Part shown: piece after piece, positions 43,957 to 54,272 of the stretch | Position numbering within the stretch: the first letter of the stretch is position 1 | How the letters are laid out: the number at the start of each line of letters is the position of its first letter | The notes under the pieces: generated by a model | Told to the model about the DNA's origin: nothing | Databases searched by the model: none | The model's input: the letters and a program-made list of their open reading frames with translations, nothing else | Assembly (NCBI GenBank): GCA_032161105.1 | Contig: JAVHTD010000005.1 | Source of the DNA: Candidatus Thermosaccharophagus tengchongensis | GTDB taxonomy: Bacteria > Armatimonadota > Fervidibacteria > Fervidibacterales > Thermosaccharophagaceae | Length of the DNA stretch: 64,000 nt | Reading direction: 5' to 3' (one strand) | Made by a program: the position numbers and the translations under genes

Positions 43957-45306
43957 GTGGAAGTTACTCAGGCATGCCTCAACGGGGTGAGTGGGATGAG
44001 GTCTCACTTATGGTGCATGGGTGGTATACCCTCCACATCGCCCATACATTGCGAGCCGATAGTCCATGTGCTTGATAACGGCATTACGGTCATCGCCGTT
44101 GAAAGGCGCAATCACCCGAGCGTGGCGATTTGCAGCTCCTTTGTGGCTGGGAGCATCAGGGATGCGCATGGCATGCGCGGCTTGGCAAATTTAACATCGC
44201 AAATGATTACGAGGGGGACGGCGAAACGCACATGGGTTCAAATTGCTGAGGAACTTGAGGATGTTGGAGCTCGCATATGGACTTGGTGCTCTCACGACTT
44301 TTCTGGCGTTGGTGTGAGCTGCCTTTCAAAGCATGTTGAGCGATCAATGGATGTGCTTTCGGATGTGTTGCTCAATCCATCTTTCCCGAGTGATGAGCTT
44401 GAAAAATGCAAGCTGCGCACAATAACACAGCTGCACACCCTTGATGACGATCCGTGGGCAGTTGCGGCAAAGATGATGCGCAAAGCGCTGTATCCCGAAG
44501 GGCATCCATACCGATATTTTTCGGAGGGGGAAGCGGAGGACATCCAGAAGCTGGATAGAGATGCGCTTTGCGAATTTCATCGGCGTTGGTATCGCCCGCA
44601 TGGAGCTGCATTAGCCATCATTGGTGACATCGCGCCAGATGAGGCAATCAAGTTGGCACAGCGTTATTTGGGCGAGTGGGAGGCTGGTATTGGTGAAGTT
44701 GAAGTGGGGGGCGTCTTGGAGGTCCAGCCGCAACCACCCAAATTTGAAGTCCGAACTATGGCTGACAAATCACAGGTTGCAGTCATGCTTGGTCAGCTCT
44801 GCGTGAGCAGGCGTGACGCTGACTATTATGCCCTCAGCGTCTTCAACTGCATTCTCGGCGGCAGCGCAGGCATCGGAAGGTTGTTCAATAGAGTTAGAGG
44901 TGAAGAGGGGCTCGCATACAGCGTTTGGTCGCGCATCTCGGGGCGATTGGGCAAAGGGATGTTTATAGCGGGTGCTGGCGTTGCTCCGGATAATGTCAAG
45001 AGGGCGATTGAGAGCATGCGGAATCAGATTAGGGCAATGTGCTCCGATGAGCCGCCAAACCAGGAGGAGCTGAACGACGCTGTTAATTACATCGTTGGCA
45101 GCTTCATCTTCCGTATTGAGACAAATGCGGGCATGGCTCAGGCGCTGTTGGATGCGCACATGTATGGACTTGGAGTTGACTACCTGAAAAGGCGAGAGGA
45201 GATATACCGCTCAATTACGCTTGAGCAGGTGATTGAAGCCGCTCAAAGGCACATCAGCGTTGATTCGCTCTCGGTAGCTGTGGCAGGACCTTGGAGTGAA
45301 AAGTGA
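43957..45306 (+). CDS. M16 family peptidase, non-catalytic partner subunit
   Basis: M16 fold motifs with HxxEH replaced by NLTSQ; RLFNRVRGEEGLAY. Confidence 0.85.
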   Translation: MEVTQACLNGVSGMRSHLWCMGGIPSTSPIHCEPIVHVLDNGITVIAVERRNHPSVAICSSFVAGSIRDAHGMRGLANLTSQMITRGTAKRTWVQIAEELEDVGARIWTWCSHDFSGVGVSCLSKHVERSMDVLSDVLLNPSFPSDELEKCKLRTITQLHTLDDDPWAVAAKMMRKALYPEGHPYRYFSEGEAEDIQKLDRDALCEFHRRWYRPHGAALAIIGDIAPDEAIKLAQRYLGEWEAGIGEVEVGGVLEVQPQPPKFEVRTMADKSQVAVMLGQLCVSRRDADYYALSVFNCILGGSAGIGRLFNRVRGEEGLAYSVWSRISGRLGKGMFIAGAGVAPDNVKRAIESMRNQIRAMCSDEPPNQEELNDAVNYIVGSFIFRIETNAGMAQALLDAHMYGLGVDYLKRREEIYRSITLEQVIEAAQRHISVDSLSVAVAGPWSEK

Positions 45307-46115
45307 TGGGCGTCATTTTTGATTCGCTCAGCAGCATCATCCGTTATAGGCAGCTCATTTATGTGCTCGTTTGGCGCGAGTTGCGCCTCCGCTACAAGCG
45401 AACCGTCCTTGGGATACTTTGGTCACTTGCGCCACCAATTGCGCAGGTGCTCATACTTGTTATCGTCGTTGAGCACTTCTTCAAGCGCGACCTGCCCAAC
45501 ATATCGGCATACTTCATGTGCGTCGTTTTTGCGTGGCAATTCTTTAGCGCCTCAATACTTGATGGGTGCTCATCACTCCTTCAACACGGCTCATTGGTCA
45601 AGGCTTTCCCCTTCCCGAGAGAAGTCTTGCCGTTTGTTTCCGTCCTGAGCAACTTGGTTCACTTCCTCATAAGCATGCTCGTTCTCCTTGTCTATTTGCT
45701 CGCTTTAAAGGTTCACCTCCAAACGAGGGCGCTCTTTGTTCCAGTCATCATTATCGGTCAAGTGATGCTCTCCACAGGTTTAGCGCTCATGCTTTCCTGC
45801 TGGACAGTCTACTACCACGATGTGAAGTTCATCGCGGACACGGCACTTAAGTGGCTTTATTTTGCGGTGCCGATCATGTATTTCCTTGAGGATGTGCCGC
45901 ATGGCTGGCTTCGCTTTTACTTGCTTAACCCAGTGGCTGTCTACATTGACGCATACAGGCGCTTGCTCATGTATCCGCCACCGCTTCCAAACAGGCAAGC
46001 GCTGCCGATTGATTGGATGCACATCATCATGGCGCTGATGACTTCCGCCATCGTTCTCCTCCTCGGTCTCCTCATCTTCCGAAAGCATTCCGACAAGCTC
46101 GCTGAGTGGCTTTAA
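45303..46115 (+). CDS. ABC-2 polysaccharide export permease (Wzm-like)
   Basis: RELRLRYKRTVLGILWS, FPRE, LNP...YR. Confidence 0.88.
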   Translation: MMGVIFDSLSSIIRYRQLIYVLVWRELRLRYKRTVLGILWSLAPPIAQVLILVIVVEHFFKRDLPNISAYFMCVVFAWQFFSASILDGCSSLLQHGSLVKAFPFPREVLPFVSVLSNLVHFLISMLVLLVYLLALKVHLQTRALFVPVIIIGQVMLSTGLALMLSCWTVYYHDVKFIADTALKWLYFAVPIMYFLEDVPHGWLRFYLLNPVAVYIDAYRRLLMYPPPLPNRQALPIDWMHIIMALMTSAIVLLLGLLIFRKHSDKLAEWL

Positions 46116-46154
46116 AAATTTTTCGCGGGAAAAGCGCGGCTTGAAATTGGCACC

Positions 46155-49100
46155 TCATCGGCTTGCGTCCTCTCCCTGCATAAACCGAACCATATCAAGC
46201 GGCTTGAGCTGAGTTGGCTCATCAAGCCACTTTAGGAAGACTTTCACAGCTTGCGATTTGGTCATCTCGCGTCCTATAAGCCTTTCACACAGCGATTTCA
46301 AGCTCCTCACGGCGATCGGCGTCGGCGATATTGCCGCATTGATGCACTCAATCACATCGTCGCTGAGCGCTTCAAGCCAGACATCATTACTCTCGCTCGC
46401 GCTCAAGCTCAGCAGGCGCTTCAACCGCTGCCTCGTGATGGATGTCGGAAGGCGTTCCATGAATGATTCAACTTTGCCCCTCAAATCTGGTGCAAGGAGG
46501 CGCCCCTTGCACTCATCGGCTATCTCCTCAATCCGCTTTTCCATCTCCTCAGGCGGTGTTAGGGAGAGGTGTTCGCCGAGCATCAGCTTGCAGCTCTGGC
46601 ACACTGGCGAGTCACGAAGCTGGCGCATAAGCTGCTCTTTTGTGACGGTGCATCGCTTTGACAGTTCGGCTCCGATTGCCCTAATCGCCTCAGCAGCGCC
46701 CATCACCTGCAGGCGTAGCTGCGCCGCTCTGCTGAGCAGCCTGAAGGCGCTGTGATGCCTGAGCTTGATGTATGGCTCAAAGCGTGAGGCGTTATGTTCA
46801 TTCTCGTGGTGTGTCAAATATTGCTCCGTGTAATTGCGGAGCAACTCCTCCCAAGACGAGATGAGCCAATCAAGCTTGCCCAAGATGACTTCACCTTCAT
46901 CAATGCTCTCAACCAAGCGCTCTGAGAGCACTTTCAGTTCATCGCTGAGCCTCAAATTCGCGCTCGTTAGCCAAGCGTGTATTTTCCGCAGCTCGCCGCA
47001 CTTTGCCAGCGAGTTGTAAATTTGAACGCACACATCCCATGCTGACTTGAGTTCATCTTCGCTCACTCCGTTGGCGTGGAGGGTTGCAACCCATCCTTTG
47101 AGACCATCATGCGGCATCAGCTCATCTGATATGGCGCTTACGGCTACACTTACAGTCCCAATGGCATTGAGCGATTGAGACCACATGGCGCTGCTGTGTT
47201 GCAGTTGCGTCATTAGCGTGACCAATTCGCCGTGCGCCCGTTCGCACATTTCGGATGCATGTCCCTTCCACGAGGTGAGGTTTCTCCAGAGCACTTGAAC
47301 TGCAGCTGGATGAGGGGAGCCCTCAACTTTTGGTGGCGGTATTTGGATGGCGCTCGCATACGAAGTTACGGCTTCCCAAGTTTCTCGGTCAACGAGCGGT
47401 GCTGCGCTTAATGCTGCCACTTGCCTGTGGAGTGGTGAGCCAAGCCGTTGCGGCAGCAACGGTGAGCCGTATCTGTCATGCGCCATAACCTCGCCACGCC
47501 TGAGCAGCGCCGCAATGAGCAATTCAAGCTGCTCATCACGGAGCCCATACTCGCTTTTACGGGCTGTAGCGGCAAGCTGCTCATATGCAATTGGCGCATC
47601 CAAGCTGGCTATTAGCTCGCATATGAGCTTTAAAGCGCCCTCGCATGGTGCAGCGCCATCAAGCACCTGTGTAGTTATTCCGAGCGGCATTGCAACGCAT
47701 CTCCAAAGCTCCTTCAGGTCGGCGCTCAGCCTTTGCGGGTTCTCACCAGCTAAGATTGAGTTGATGAGCCTTTTATGTTCGTCCGAGGGGCGCAACGGTG
47801 AGCGTGGTGCAACGGATGTAAACTGGGGGAAGACCTTCGGAACAGATGCGCCAGCGATTGCCACAAGGACATCGCTAAGGGATGCCTCAGTCGGTATGAG
47901 CGCCGATATGGGGAGCTTCCTTTCACCGACGAGCAATGTGCCGCCTAAGTATGCATTGCGCATTATCCGCTGCGTCTCATTTGCCCTTGCAGTCTCCTCC
48001 TCCCGCAAGCGCTTGTATATTGCCATTCCAATGTCGCTATCCCTGAGCGATGGGTCGTTTATCAGGATTGATGCAGCAGCGTTTTCCGTCAGGCGAATCA
48101 TCTCGCCTCTGCCGATTGTTTTCGGGATGAGAATGGCTATTGCGAACTTGAACCGATTCTCCTCAAGTGAGCGCAGCAGCTCCGCAGCGCACTTAACTTG
48201 CTCATCTGTTGCGATTGGCGGCGCGATGAGAATGTGGATATCGTAAGTGCACGATGGGGAAGCGATATGGTGTTGAAGTCTGAGCAGCCACTCAGCTGTA
48301 ACCTCCCTCAGGTCAATGCACTGCAGCATGAGATTGAACTGCGCATTTTGCCACTCAACTGCCGCTGTTCGCCCAAAGCCGATTTGCGGCATTGGCAGCG
48401 GTGATGTTGACATCGCCCTTAACGCATATTCAATCACCCTGATGTCCCCTTCCGAGAGTGTGTCAATTAACGCCTGCAGCCTCCGCCGAAGCATTTCCGT
48501 TGTGGTTGCGCCCAAGTCAACGGAATACACATCGCCGTAATCTTCCTCACGCCTGAGGCAGTCAATGTAGTTTGCGCTCATGCGCAATGTCTCCAGCAGC
48601 GAGAGCATGTAGCTGTAGTTCATTTCGGCACCCAAGCCCAAGTCCCAAAGGAATGTGTGAGAGAGCTTCCTCACTGGCGCATCCATGCCCGCAATCTTGA
48701 ATGCCACAAGCGCCCTCACAAGCTTCCTCACAGCTTCCTTTCGCTCGGGGAAAAGTTCGCCCACCCTCTCATCAAGGTGAGGGACAACTTCGTCGGCGTA
48801 TGAGTGCAGTTCGGGATGTGAAAGGATGTCGGCGTAAAAGTGCTCGTAGATTGCGTCTGGAGTGATTAGTTGAAATGCATCACAGTCGGCAAGGCGCATC
48901 GCTTGACTTTGAACGAAATCAACGATTGAGCGAGTCCTTGAGAAGAATCGTCCAGCGGCTCTCTCAAGGCATGCGAGCGTGAACGGGTGCAGCGGATAGC
49001 ACGCCATCAATTCCTCAGCGCTGAATTCAATCATGGGGAAGGCTTGTGTGAGTTTTCGGTGCCATTGGAGCATGAGTTGTGTGAACTGGCGCTCGTCCTT

Positions 49101-49931
49101 CAGCGGGAGCAAGTTCCTTCGTATGAGCTGGCGTGCATGCGCAAACGAAAGCGCATAGCGCACATATCTGTCCTTGATTTGCGTTATGGAATACGGCTCA
49201 AGCTCACCGAGCTCCTCAACTGTTCGTTGTATGGCTGCGATCAACCATGTATGCGAGCGCTGGCAATATTGCGCGATGAATTGAAGGAATGACGCATCAG
49301 CTTGCAGTTGGCTGTGTTCCTTTGCCTGAAGAAACATTGAGAGCTCATCAATGAGCCAAAGCATGCGCTCATACCCAAGCTCATTTGCAGCCCTTTGAAG
49401 TGCTCCGAGCGCCTCAGCACGCGATGGCGGCATTTTGGTCGGCAGATTTTGAGTTGCCTTGTGAGGGTGAATTCGCCTCAGCGATGCGACGGTCTCTTCC
49501 CAGAGAATTTGCTCAAGCGGCGCTTTTGGGGAATAGGAATCCAAGCTGATGAATGTGACCAACCACTTGTGCTTAGCGATTTCGCTCACCAATTTGGCAT
49601 AGCGTTCGTGCGAGCGCGTGAAGAGCTCTCTCGCCCATTGGAACTGGCAGAGGAGCCCGATGATGGCGAGCATATGGCTTTTCCCCGTCCCGAACGCGCC
49701 GCTAACCATGTATGCGCAGCCATTCGCTTTGCTCATGCCCGTGAGTATGCCCTCAATTGCGGCTTCATTTGCCCCGTGAACGACGAGGTATGATGCCGTG
49801 ATTTCTCGCAGCGCCTCTTGCCTTGCCCCTTCAAGTTCGGCGTGAGCGGCATGTGAGATGCTGGCGAGTTGAATTACGGTTGGCACGCCCCTTATCTCCA
49901 CTAAGTCGCCAATTCGCATGAGAGGATTCAC
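46155..49931 (-). CDS. Large P-loop ATPase, DUF6079 / BrxC-PglY-like
   Basis: N-terminal IGDLVEI...VIQL, GAFGTGKSH Walker A, LIDEL Walker B, YPLHP, RTRS, C-terminal C...CxxC. Confidence 0.72.
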   Translation of the reverse strand: MNPLMRIGDLVEIRGVPTVIQLASISHAAHAELEGARQEALREITASYLVVHGANEAAIEGILTGMSKANGCAYMVSGAFGTGKSHMLAIIGLLCQFQWARELFTRSHERYAKLVSEIAKHKWLVTFISLDSYSPKAPLEQILWEETVASLRRIHPHKATQNLPTKMPPSRAEALGALQRAANELGYERMLWLIDELSMFLQAKEHSQLQADASFLQFIAQYCQRSHTWLIAAIQRTVEELGELEPYSITQIKDRYVRYALSFAHARQLIRRNLLPLKDERQFTQLMLQWHRKLTQAFPMIEFSAEELMACYPLHPFTLACLERAAGRFFSRTRSIVDFVQSQAMRLADCDAFQLITPDAIYEHFYADILSHPELHSYADEVVPHLDERVGELFPERKEAVRKLVRALVAFKIAGMDAPVRKLSHTFLWDLGLGAEMNYSYMLSLLETLRMSANYIDCLRREEDYGDVYSVDLGATTTEMLRRRLQALIDTLSEGDIRVIEYALRAMSTSPLPMPQIGFGRTAAVEWQNAQFNLMLQCIDLREVTAEWLLRLQHHIASPSCTYDIHILIAPPIATDEQVKCAAELLRSLEENRFKFAIAILIPKTIGRGEMIRLTENAAASILINDPSLRDSDIGMAIYKRLREEETARANETQRIMRNAYLGGTLLVGERKLPISALIPTEASLSDVLVAIAGASVPKVFPQFTSVAPRSPLRPSDEHKRLINSILAGENPQRLSADLKELWRCVAMPLGITTQVLDGAAPCEGALKLICELIASLDAPIAYEQLAATARKSEYGLRDEQLELLIAALLRRGEVMAHDRYGSPLLPQRLGSPLHRQVAALSAAPLVDRETWEAVTSYASAIQIPPPKVEGSPHPAAVQVLWRNLTSWKGHASEMCERAHGELVTLMTQLQHSSAMWSQSLNAIGTVSVAVSAISDELMPHDGLKGWVATLHANGVSEDELKSAWDVCVQIYNSLAKCGELRKIHAWLTSANLRLSDELKVLSERLVESIDEGEVILGKLDWLISSWEELLRNYTEQYLTHHENEHNASRFEPYIKLRHHSAFRLLSRAAQLRLQVMGAAEAIRAIGAELSKRCTVTKEQLMRQLRDSPVCQSCKLMLGEHLSLTPPEEMEKRIEEIADECKGRLLAPDLRGKVESFMERLPTSITRQRLKRLLSLSASESNDVWLEALSDDVIECINAAISPTPIAVRSLKSLCERLIGREMTKSQAVKVFLKWLDEPTQLKPLDMVRFMQGEDASR

Positions 49932-50011
49932 CCCCTTCCGAATGCTATCACGAGATGGCTATGTGTGGTATCATCACTTGCAGCTTAAGGGCTGCTTTGG
50001 AGGTGAGATTC

Positions 50012-50845
50012 ATGCTTCTCCTAATGTTTGCCAAGCACCTTCAGGAGTTGGGCATTGAGGGTATGGCGGATGCGATTGCTGAACTCGGCTTTGACGGCGT
50101 TGACCTGACCGTGAGAGAAGGCGGTAGCATTGCCCCAAGTGATGCGAAGCATCATCTCCCGAAGGCGAAAAAGGCATTTGAGGAGCGTGGGCTTGTCATC
50201 GGGATGCTCACGACATCAATCACATCGCCGAATGATGGGCATGTTGAGGACATAGTCGGGAGCGCAAGCGACCTCGGGATAAAGTTCATCAAGCTCGGGT
50301 ATTGGCGATACGATGCCTTTGGAACGCTCAGAGGGCGCATAAGCGATGTGCGTCGCTCACTTAGCGGTCTGGAGAAAATCGCCGAAAGATATGGCGTCAC
50401 ATTTGGCGTGCACACGCACAGCGGCAACTTCGTCACTTGCGATGGCGCAATCACTTTCATGCTCCTTGATGGCTTTCCGAGTGAGCGAATTTGCGCATAC
50501 ATTGATCCAGGTCACATGACAGTTGAGGGTGGTCTTTGCGGTTGGAAGGCGTGCATTGACTTACTCGGCGATTATGTTCGCATGGTTGCCGTTAAGGATT
50601 TTGCATGGCGTGCGGTGAAGGACGAATTTGGCAATGTCAAATGGAGGGTTGAAGCGGCGCCGTTGCGCGACGGCATAACCAGATGGGATGAGGTTTTTGA
50701 CTGCCTTTCAAAGCTCGGCTTTGATGGCGTCATAAGCGTGCACAGCGAGTATCCGAATATGAGCGCGCATCAGATCATTGAGCAGACGAGGCTTGACCTC
50801 CAATACCTTCGCCCGATAATTGAGAGCACATTGCGCAGGAGTTAG
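50012..50845 (+). CDS. Sugar phosphate isomerase/epimerase (AP endonuclease 2 TIM barrel)
   Basis: GFDGVDLTVR, HTHSG, DPGH, VAVKD, SVHSEY; GGAGGTGA SD. Confidence 0.85.
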   Translation: MLLLMFAKHLQELGIEGMADAIAELGFDGVDLTVREGGSIAPSDAKHHLPKAKKAFEERGLVIGMLTTSITSPNDGHVEDIVGSASDLGIKFIKLGYWRYDAFGTLRGRISDVRRSLSGLEKIAERYGVTFGVHTHSGNFVTCDGAITFMLLDGFPSERICAYIDPGHMTVEGGLCGWKACIDLLGDYVRMVAVKDFAWRAVKDEFGNVKWRVEAAPLRDGITRWDEVFDCLSKLGFDGVISVHSEYPNMSAHQIIEQTRLDLQYLRPIIESTLRRS

Positions 50846-50917
50846 GGCACTCCGTGCGTCGGTGAAAAAAAACAGCTTTGGAAACTTCATCCCGATTCGG
50901 ATAAGGTGCATCGTTGC

Positions 50918-52462
50918 ATGGCGAAAGGGTGGCTCATTGCGATTTTAATCCTCGTTGCAAGCGTCTTCAGCGCTTTTCTGCTCAACGCTTGTCCGAGGCA
51001 TAGCCGTTATAGGCTTGAGCTTTACATCCAGTCAATCGGGCGATATGGCGATGGCGTTTGGAGGGTTGGCGCATCAAAGGCGGCGATAACGCCATTTGTG
51101 TGCGCAAACTTCGTTGACAGTGATGGCGATGGGCGATACGAGCCGATGAGCGGCGATAGGTTGAGCGGGACGAGGATTTGGCTTGCTGGCTTTCACAATT
51201 CACGCCCCGCCTCAAGGGTGCATGACCAACTTTGGGCGAGGGCTGTTGCCATTGATAATGGCGTTCACCGAATTGGCATCATTTCACTTGACCTGATTGG
51301 CTTGTTTTACGACGATGTGATTGACATACGAAATGAAGCTGAGCGGGTTGGCGCTAAATGTGACTACATCGTTGTGGCGTGCACGCACAACCACAACTCG
51401 CCAGATACGCTCGGTCTGTGGGGGCGATTCAGATTTTCGTGTGGCGTTGATGCGAGCTATCTGGAGATGGTGAAGCGGATGGCGGTTAAGGCGCTCACGG
51501 AAGCCATCTCAAACATGCGCAGTTGCAGGCTCTCGGTCGCTCAAGCCAAAACTGGCGTTGATGGGTTGATTGGCGATTCACGCCCACCGTTCGTGGTTGA
51601 TGATAGGCTCACCGTGATGCATTTTTATGATGCCACCACGCATGAGACAGTGTGCGCCATTGTTCATTGGGCGAATCATCCAGAGGCGTTTGGCTCAAGG
51701 AATACGATGGTCACATCCGACTTTGTTCACTGGGTGCGCACCACAGTTGAGAATGGCATTCGGTTGCCAGACGGCGGTTTTGTGGGCGGGCTTGGCGGTA
51801 TTGCGATTTACATCAACGGCGCAATCGGCGGATTGATGAGCCCGATGGGCGTGAGCGTGCGTTCGCTCGATGGGCGAGTCATTAAAGCTGACGGCTTGGA
51901 GAAAGCGAAAGCGCTCGGTGAGAGAGTCGGGTTGCTTGCGCTTAAGCATATCCGCAATGCCAAGTTCGTAAACGACACATCGGTTGAAGTTCGCTCAAGG
52001 ACAATAACGCTCCCAATTGAAAATTGGCTTCTCAGAATTGGAGCGCACATCGGTGTGATCAGGCATGGCTATTTTGTTCTTCGCTCCGCCGTCCCAACGG
52101 AGATAGCGTTCATTCGGCTCGGCGAAGTCAGCATGCTCTGCATACCTGGAGAGCTATATCCCGAGATTGTGATTGGAGGCGTGGAATCGCCGAGTGGTGC
52201 GGACTATGGCGGTGAAGTTTGTGAGAGCCCACCACTGATTGAACTCATGCCAACAAAATTTTCGCTGGTCATTGGGTTGGCGAATGACGAGCTCGGATAT
52301 TTTATCCCGAAGACGCAATGGGATGCTCGTCCACCGTATTCGTATGGGGAATGCCATTATGGCGAGGCAATGTCGCTCGGTCCAAATGCGGCATGTTCGC
52401 TTTACCGAGAGTTTGTGCGCTTGATGAAGTCAACCGCCGATGAACTAAAGAGCCGCGATTGA
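50918..52462 (+). CDS. Secreted neutral/alkaline ceramidase-like hydrolase
   Basis: Signal anchor, HDQLWARA, CTHNHNSPD, WANHPE, PGELYPE, GLANDELGY. Confidence 0.72.
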   Translation: MAKGWLIAILILVASVFSAFLLNACPRHSRYRLELYIQSIGRYGDGVWRVGASKAAITPFVCANFVDSDGDGRYEPMSGDRLSGTRIWLAGFHNSRPASRVHDQLWARAVAIDNGVHRIGIISLDLIGLFYDDVIDIRNEAERVGAKCDYIVVACTHNHNSPDTLGLWGRFRFSCGVDASYLEMVKRMAVKALTEAISNMRSCRLSVAQAKTGVDGLIGDSRPPFVVDDRLTVMHFYDATTHETVCAIVHWANHPEAFGSRNTMVTSDFVHWVRTTVENGIRLPDGGFVGGLGGIAIYINGAIGGLMSPMGVSVRSLDGRVIKADGLEKAKALGERVGLLALKHIRNAKFVNDTSVEVRSRTITLPIENWLLRIGAHIGVIRHGYFVLRSAVPTEIAFIRLGEVSMLCIPGELYPEIVIGGVESPSGADYGGEVCESPPLIELMPTKFSLVIGLANDELGYFIPKTQWDARPPYSYGECHYGEAMSLGPNAACSLYREFVRLMKSTADELKSRD

Positions 52463-52656
52463 GCTCAAACTTCCCACATTCACACATCGCTTGCGCTATC
52501 CAACTATCGCCATGTTAGCTGGATGCAAAGCCCATCCGACCACTGAGCGAGTTTTTGAACCCCAATCCGCATTCGGTGTAATGAGAGATTGCTTCCCATG
52601 GCAAATTGTGACAAAGTCTGTTTTAGCCGTGAGACGCGCTAAGGGGGTGCACGCAG

Positions 52657-52956
52657 ATGGAGGCATTGGCTGCCTTTTTATGGCTGACGGTTTTCCTGTT
52701 TGGGTGCGTGGTGCTCATTTTGATGTGCATCTCCGTCTACTTCCAGTGGCGCATTTTGGGTGTGCTTGCGAGCCTTGAGGCATACATGCGTCAGTTTGCG
52801 ACCGCAAAGTCAGAGAAGCCTGCCGAGGAACCAAGTGGAGAGCCGTTGAGCAATTCCGATGCACGCCGCGAGGCGACCAAAGAGGATGTGCAGTGCCATT
52901 CCGCAAGTGATGCATTGCAGGGGGACAAAGCCAATGAGCTTGCGAATCCAATTTAA
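52657..52956 (+). CDS. Small single-pass membrane hypothetical protein
   Basis: AGGGGG SD, hydrophobic N-terminus, acidic tail. Confidence 0.5.
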   Translation: MEALAAFLWLTVFLFGCVVLILMCISVYFQWRILGVLASLEAYMRQFATAKSEKPAEEPSGEPLSNSDARREATKEDVQCHSASDALQGDKANELANPI

Positions 52957-53026
52957 CCGAGTGACTTGCTCACAGATGCGGCGAGTGACTCCGTGGAATT
53001 AGCTGCCTTGACTCCCGTTCTTTGAG

Positions 53027-54145
53027 GTGAGTGTTGGAGTGTGGCGCAACAGTGCCTCAAGCGATCGCGCTGTCAACCACATCGTGATTTTGGTAGCCGT
53101 TGCTGTTTTGCTCTTTCTCCTATACAGGCTGAGGGCTATATTGCCCCTCTTCATTGTGGGCATGCTGCTTGCCTATCTCCTTGATCCAATCGTTGACGGA
53201 CTTGAAAGCAGAGGATGGTCTCGCAGTATGGCATCTCTTATCTCGTTCAGCTTCTTCCTTCTCCTATTCGCGGCGGTGGTGATAGCGATTGCGCCACTCG
53301 TCATTTCTCAAGTGCAGTCGCTCATTGAGGAGTGCATGCCTCCTCATGGGCGCTATTACATGTTCGCAATCAAACTGCTAAAGAGGATTGAGGAGAATAG
53401 CTCTTCAAACCCATTCATTGCGTATGCCTTGCAAGCGCTCGGCAGCCTCTCAAAGCAAATTGGCGAATTCATGCTTGAGCGGATTAAATGGGCTGTGACA
53501 TCAATTGGGAGCTTGCTCTCAGTCCTGCTGTTGCCGTTCATCACTTATTACTGGCTTCAGGTTATTGACCCGCTTCGCCAAAGGGTGCTTGCGCTCATAC
53601 CAGTGGAACATCGCGCTGAAGTTGTAACATTGCTTCATGAGACCAGCAAATTGATTGGGCGATACTTTCGCGGCTTCATGCTGATGTGCATTTGCGTCGG
53701 CTTTGTTGACGGAATTCTCCTGTGGATCATTTCCTTCATCTTCGGCAACGACCACGCTGCTGCAATTGGCTTCTTCGCTGGCATAACATACTCAATCCCA
53801 TACTTCGGAACCATCGGGAGCACCATCCTCGCCCTTTTTGTTGGTTACTTGACGAGCGAGCACTACCGAATTTGGGCAGCGTTGTGCTCAGCAGGTGTGA
53901 TCGTGATCGTCAACCAAGTTTTTGATTGGCTCATAGTGCCGAAGGTGATTGGGCAAAGGGTCGGATTGCCGCCGCTTGTCGCCATTTTCTCGGTCATGGC
54001 TGGCAGCGTTATGTTTGGCATTGTCGGGATGATAATCGCAGTGCCGTTGGCTGGTTGCATAAAGCTTGCTCTAATGCAGTTTGCTCCAAAGCTGTTTGAG
54101 CCAGTTGGGGAGTCCGATAAGGGTCATGCGGAAGTGGGCAATTAA
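53027..54145 (+). CDS. AI-2E family transporter (PerM-like)
   Basis: AYLLDPIV, IPYFG, VPKVIGQRVGLPP, GMIIAVP. Confidence 0.9.
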   Translation: MSVGVWRNSASSDRAVNHIVILVAVAVLLFLLYRLRAILPLFIVGMLLAYLLDPIVDGLESRGWSRSMASLISFSFFLLLFAAVVIAIAPLVISQVQSLIEECMPPHGRYYMFAIKLLKRIEENSSSNPFIAYALQALGSLSKQIGEFMLERIKWAVTSIGSLLSVLLLPFITYYWLQVIDPLRQRVLALIPVEHRAEVVTLLHETSKLIGRYFRGFMLMCICVGFVDGILLWIISFIFGNDHAAAIGFFAGITYSIPYFGTIGSTILALFVGYLTSEHYRIWAALCSAGVIVIVNQVFDWLIVPKVIGQRVGLPPLVAIFSVMAGSVMFGIVGMIIAVPLAGCIKLALMQFAPKLFEPVGESDKGHAEVGN

Positions 54146-54272
54146 AAGTCCGATGGGCATTTTAATGCGTTGAGCTGTTGGCTTTGGATGAGGGCATCGC
54201 AGTAAGCTCACACATGCTAAAATTGAGCATTGTGATCGGCGAGTTTGCTGACTCAGATGAGGGGGTGAGAGG

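Noticed and set aside
47347-48246. 299-aa plus-strand ORF
   Set aside because: Antisense shadow of the DUF6079-like ATPase
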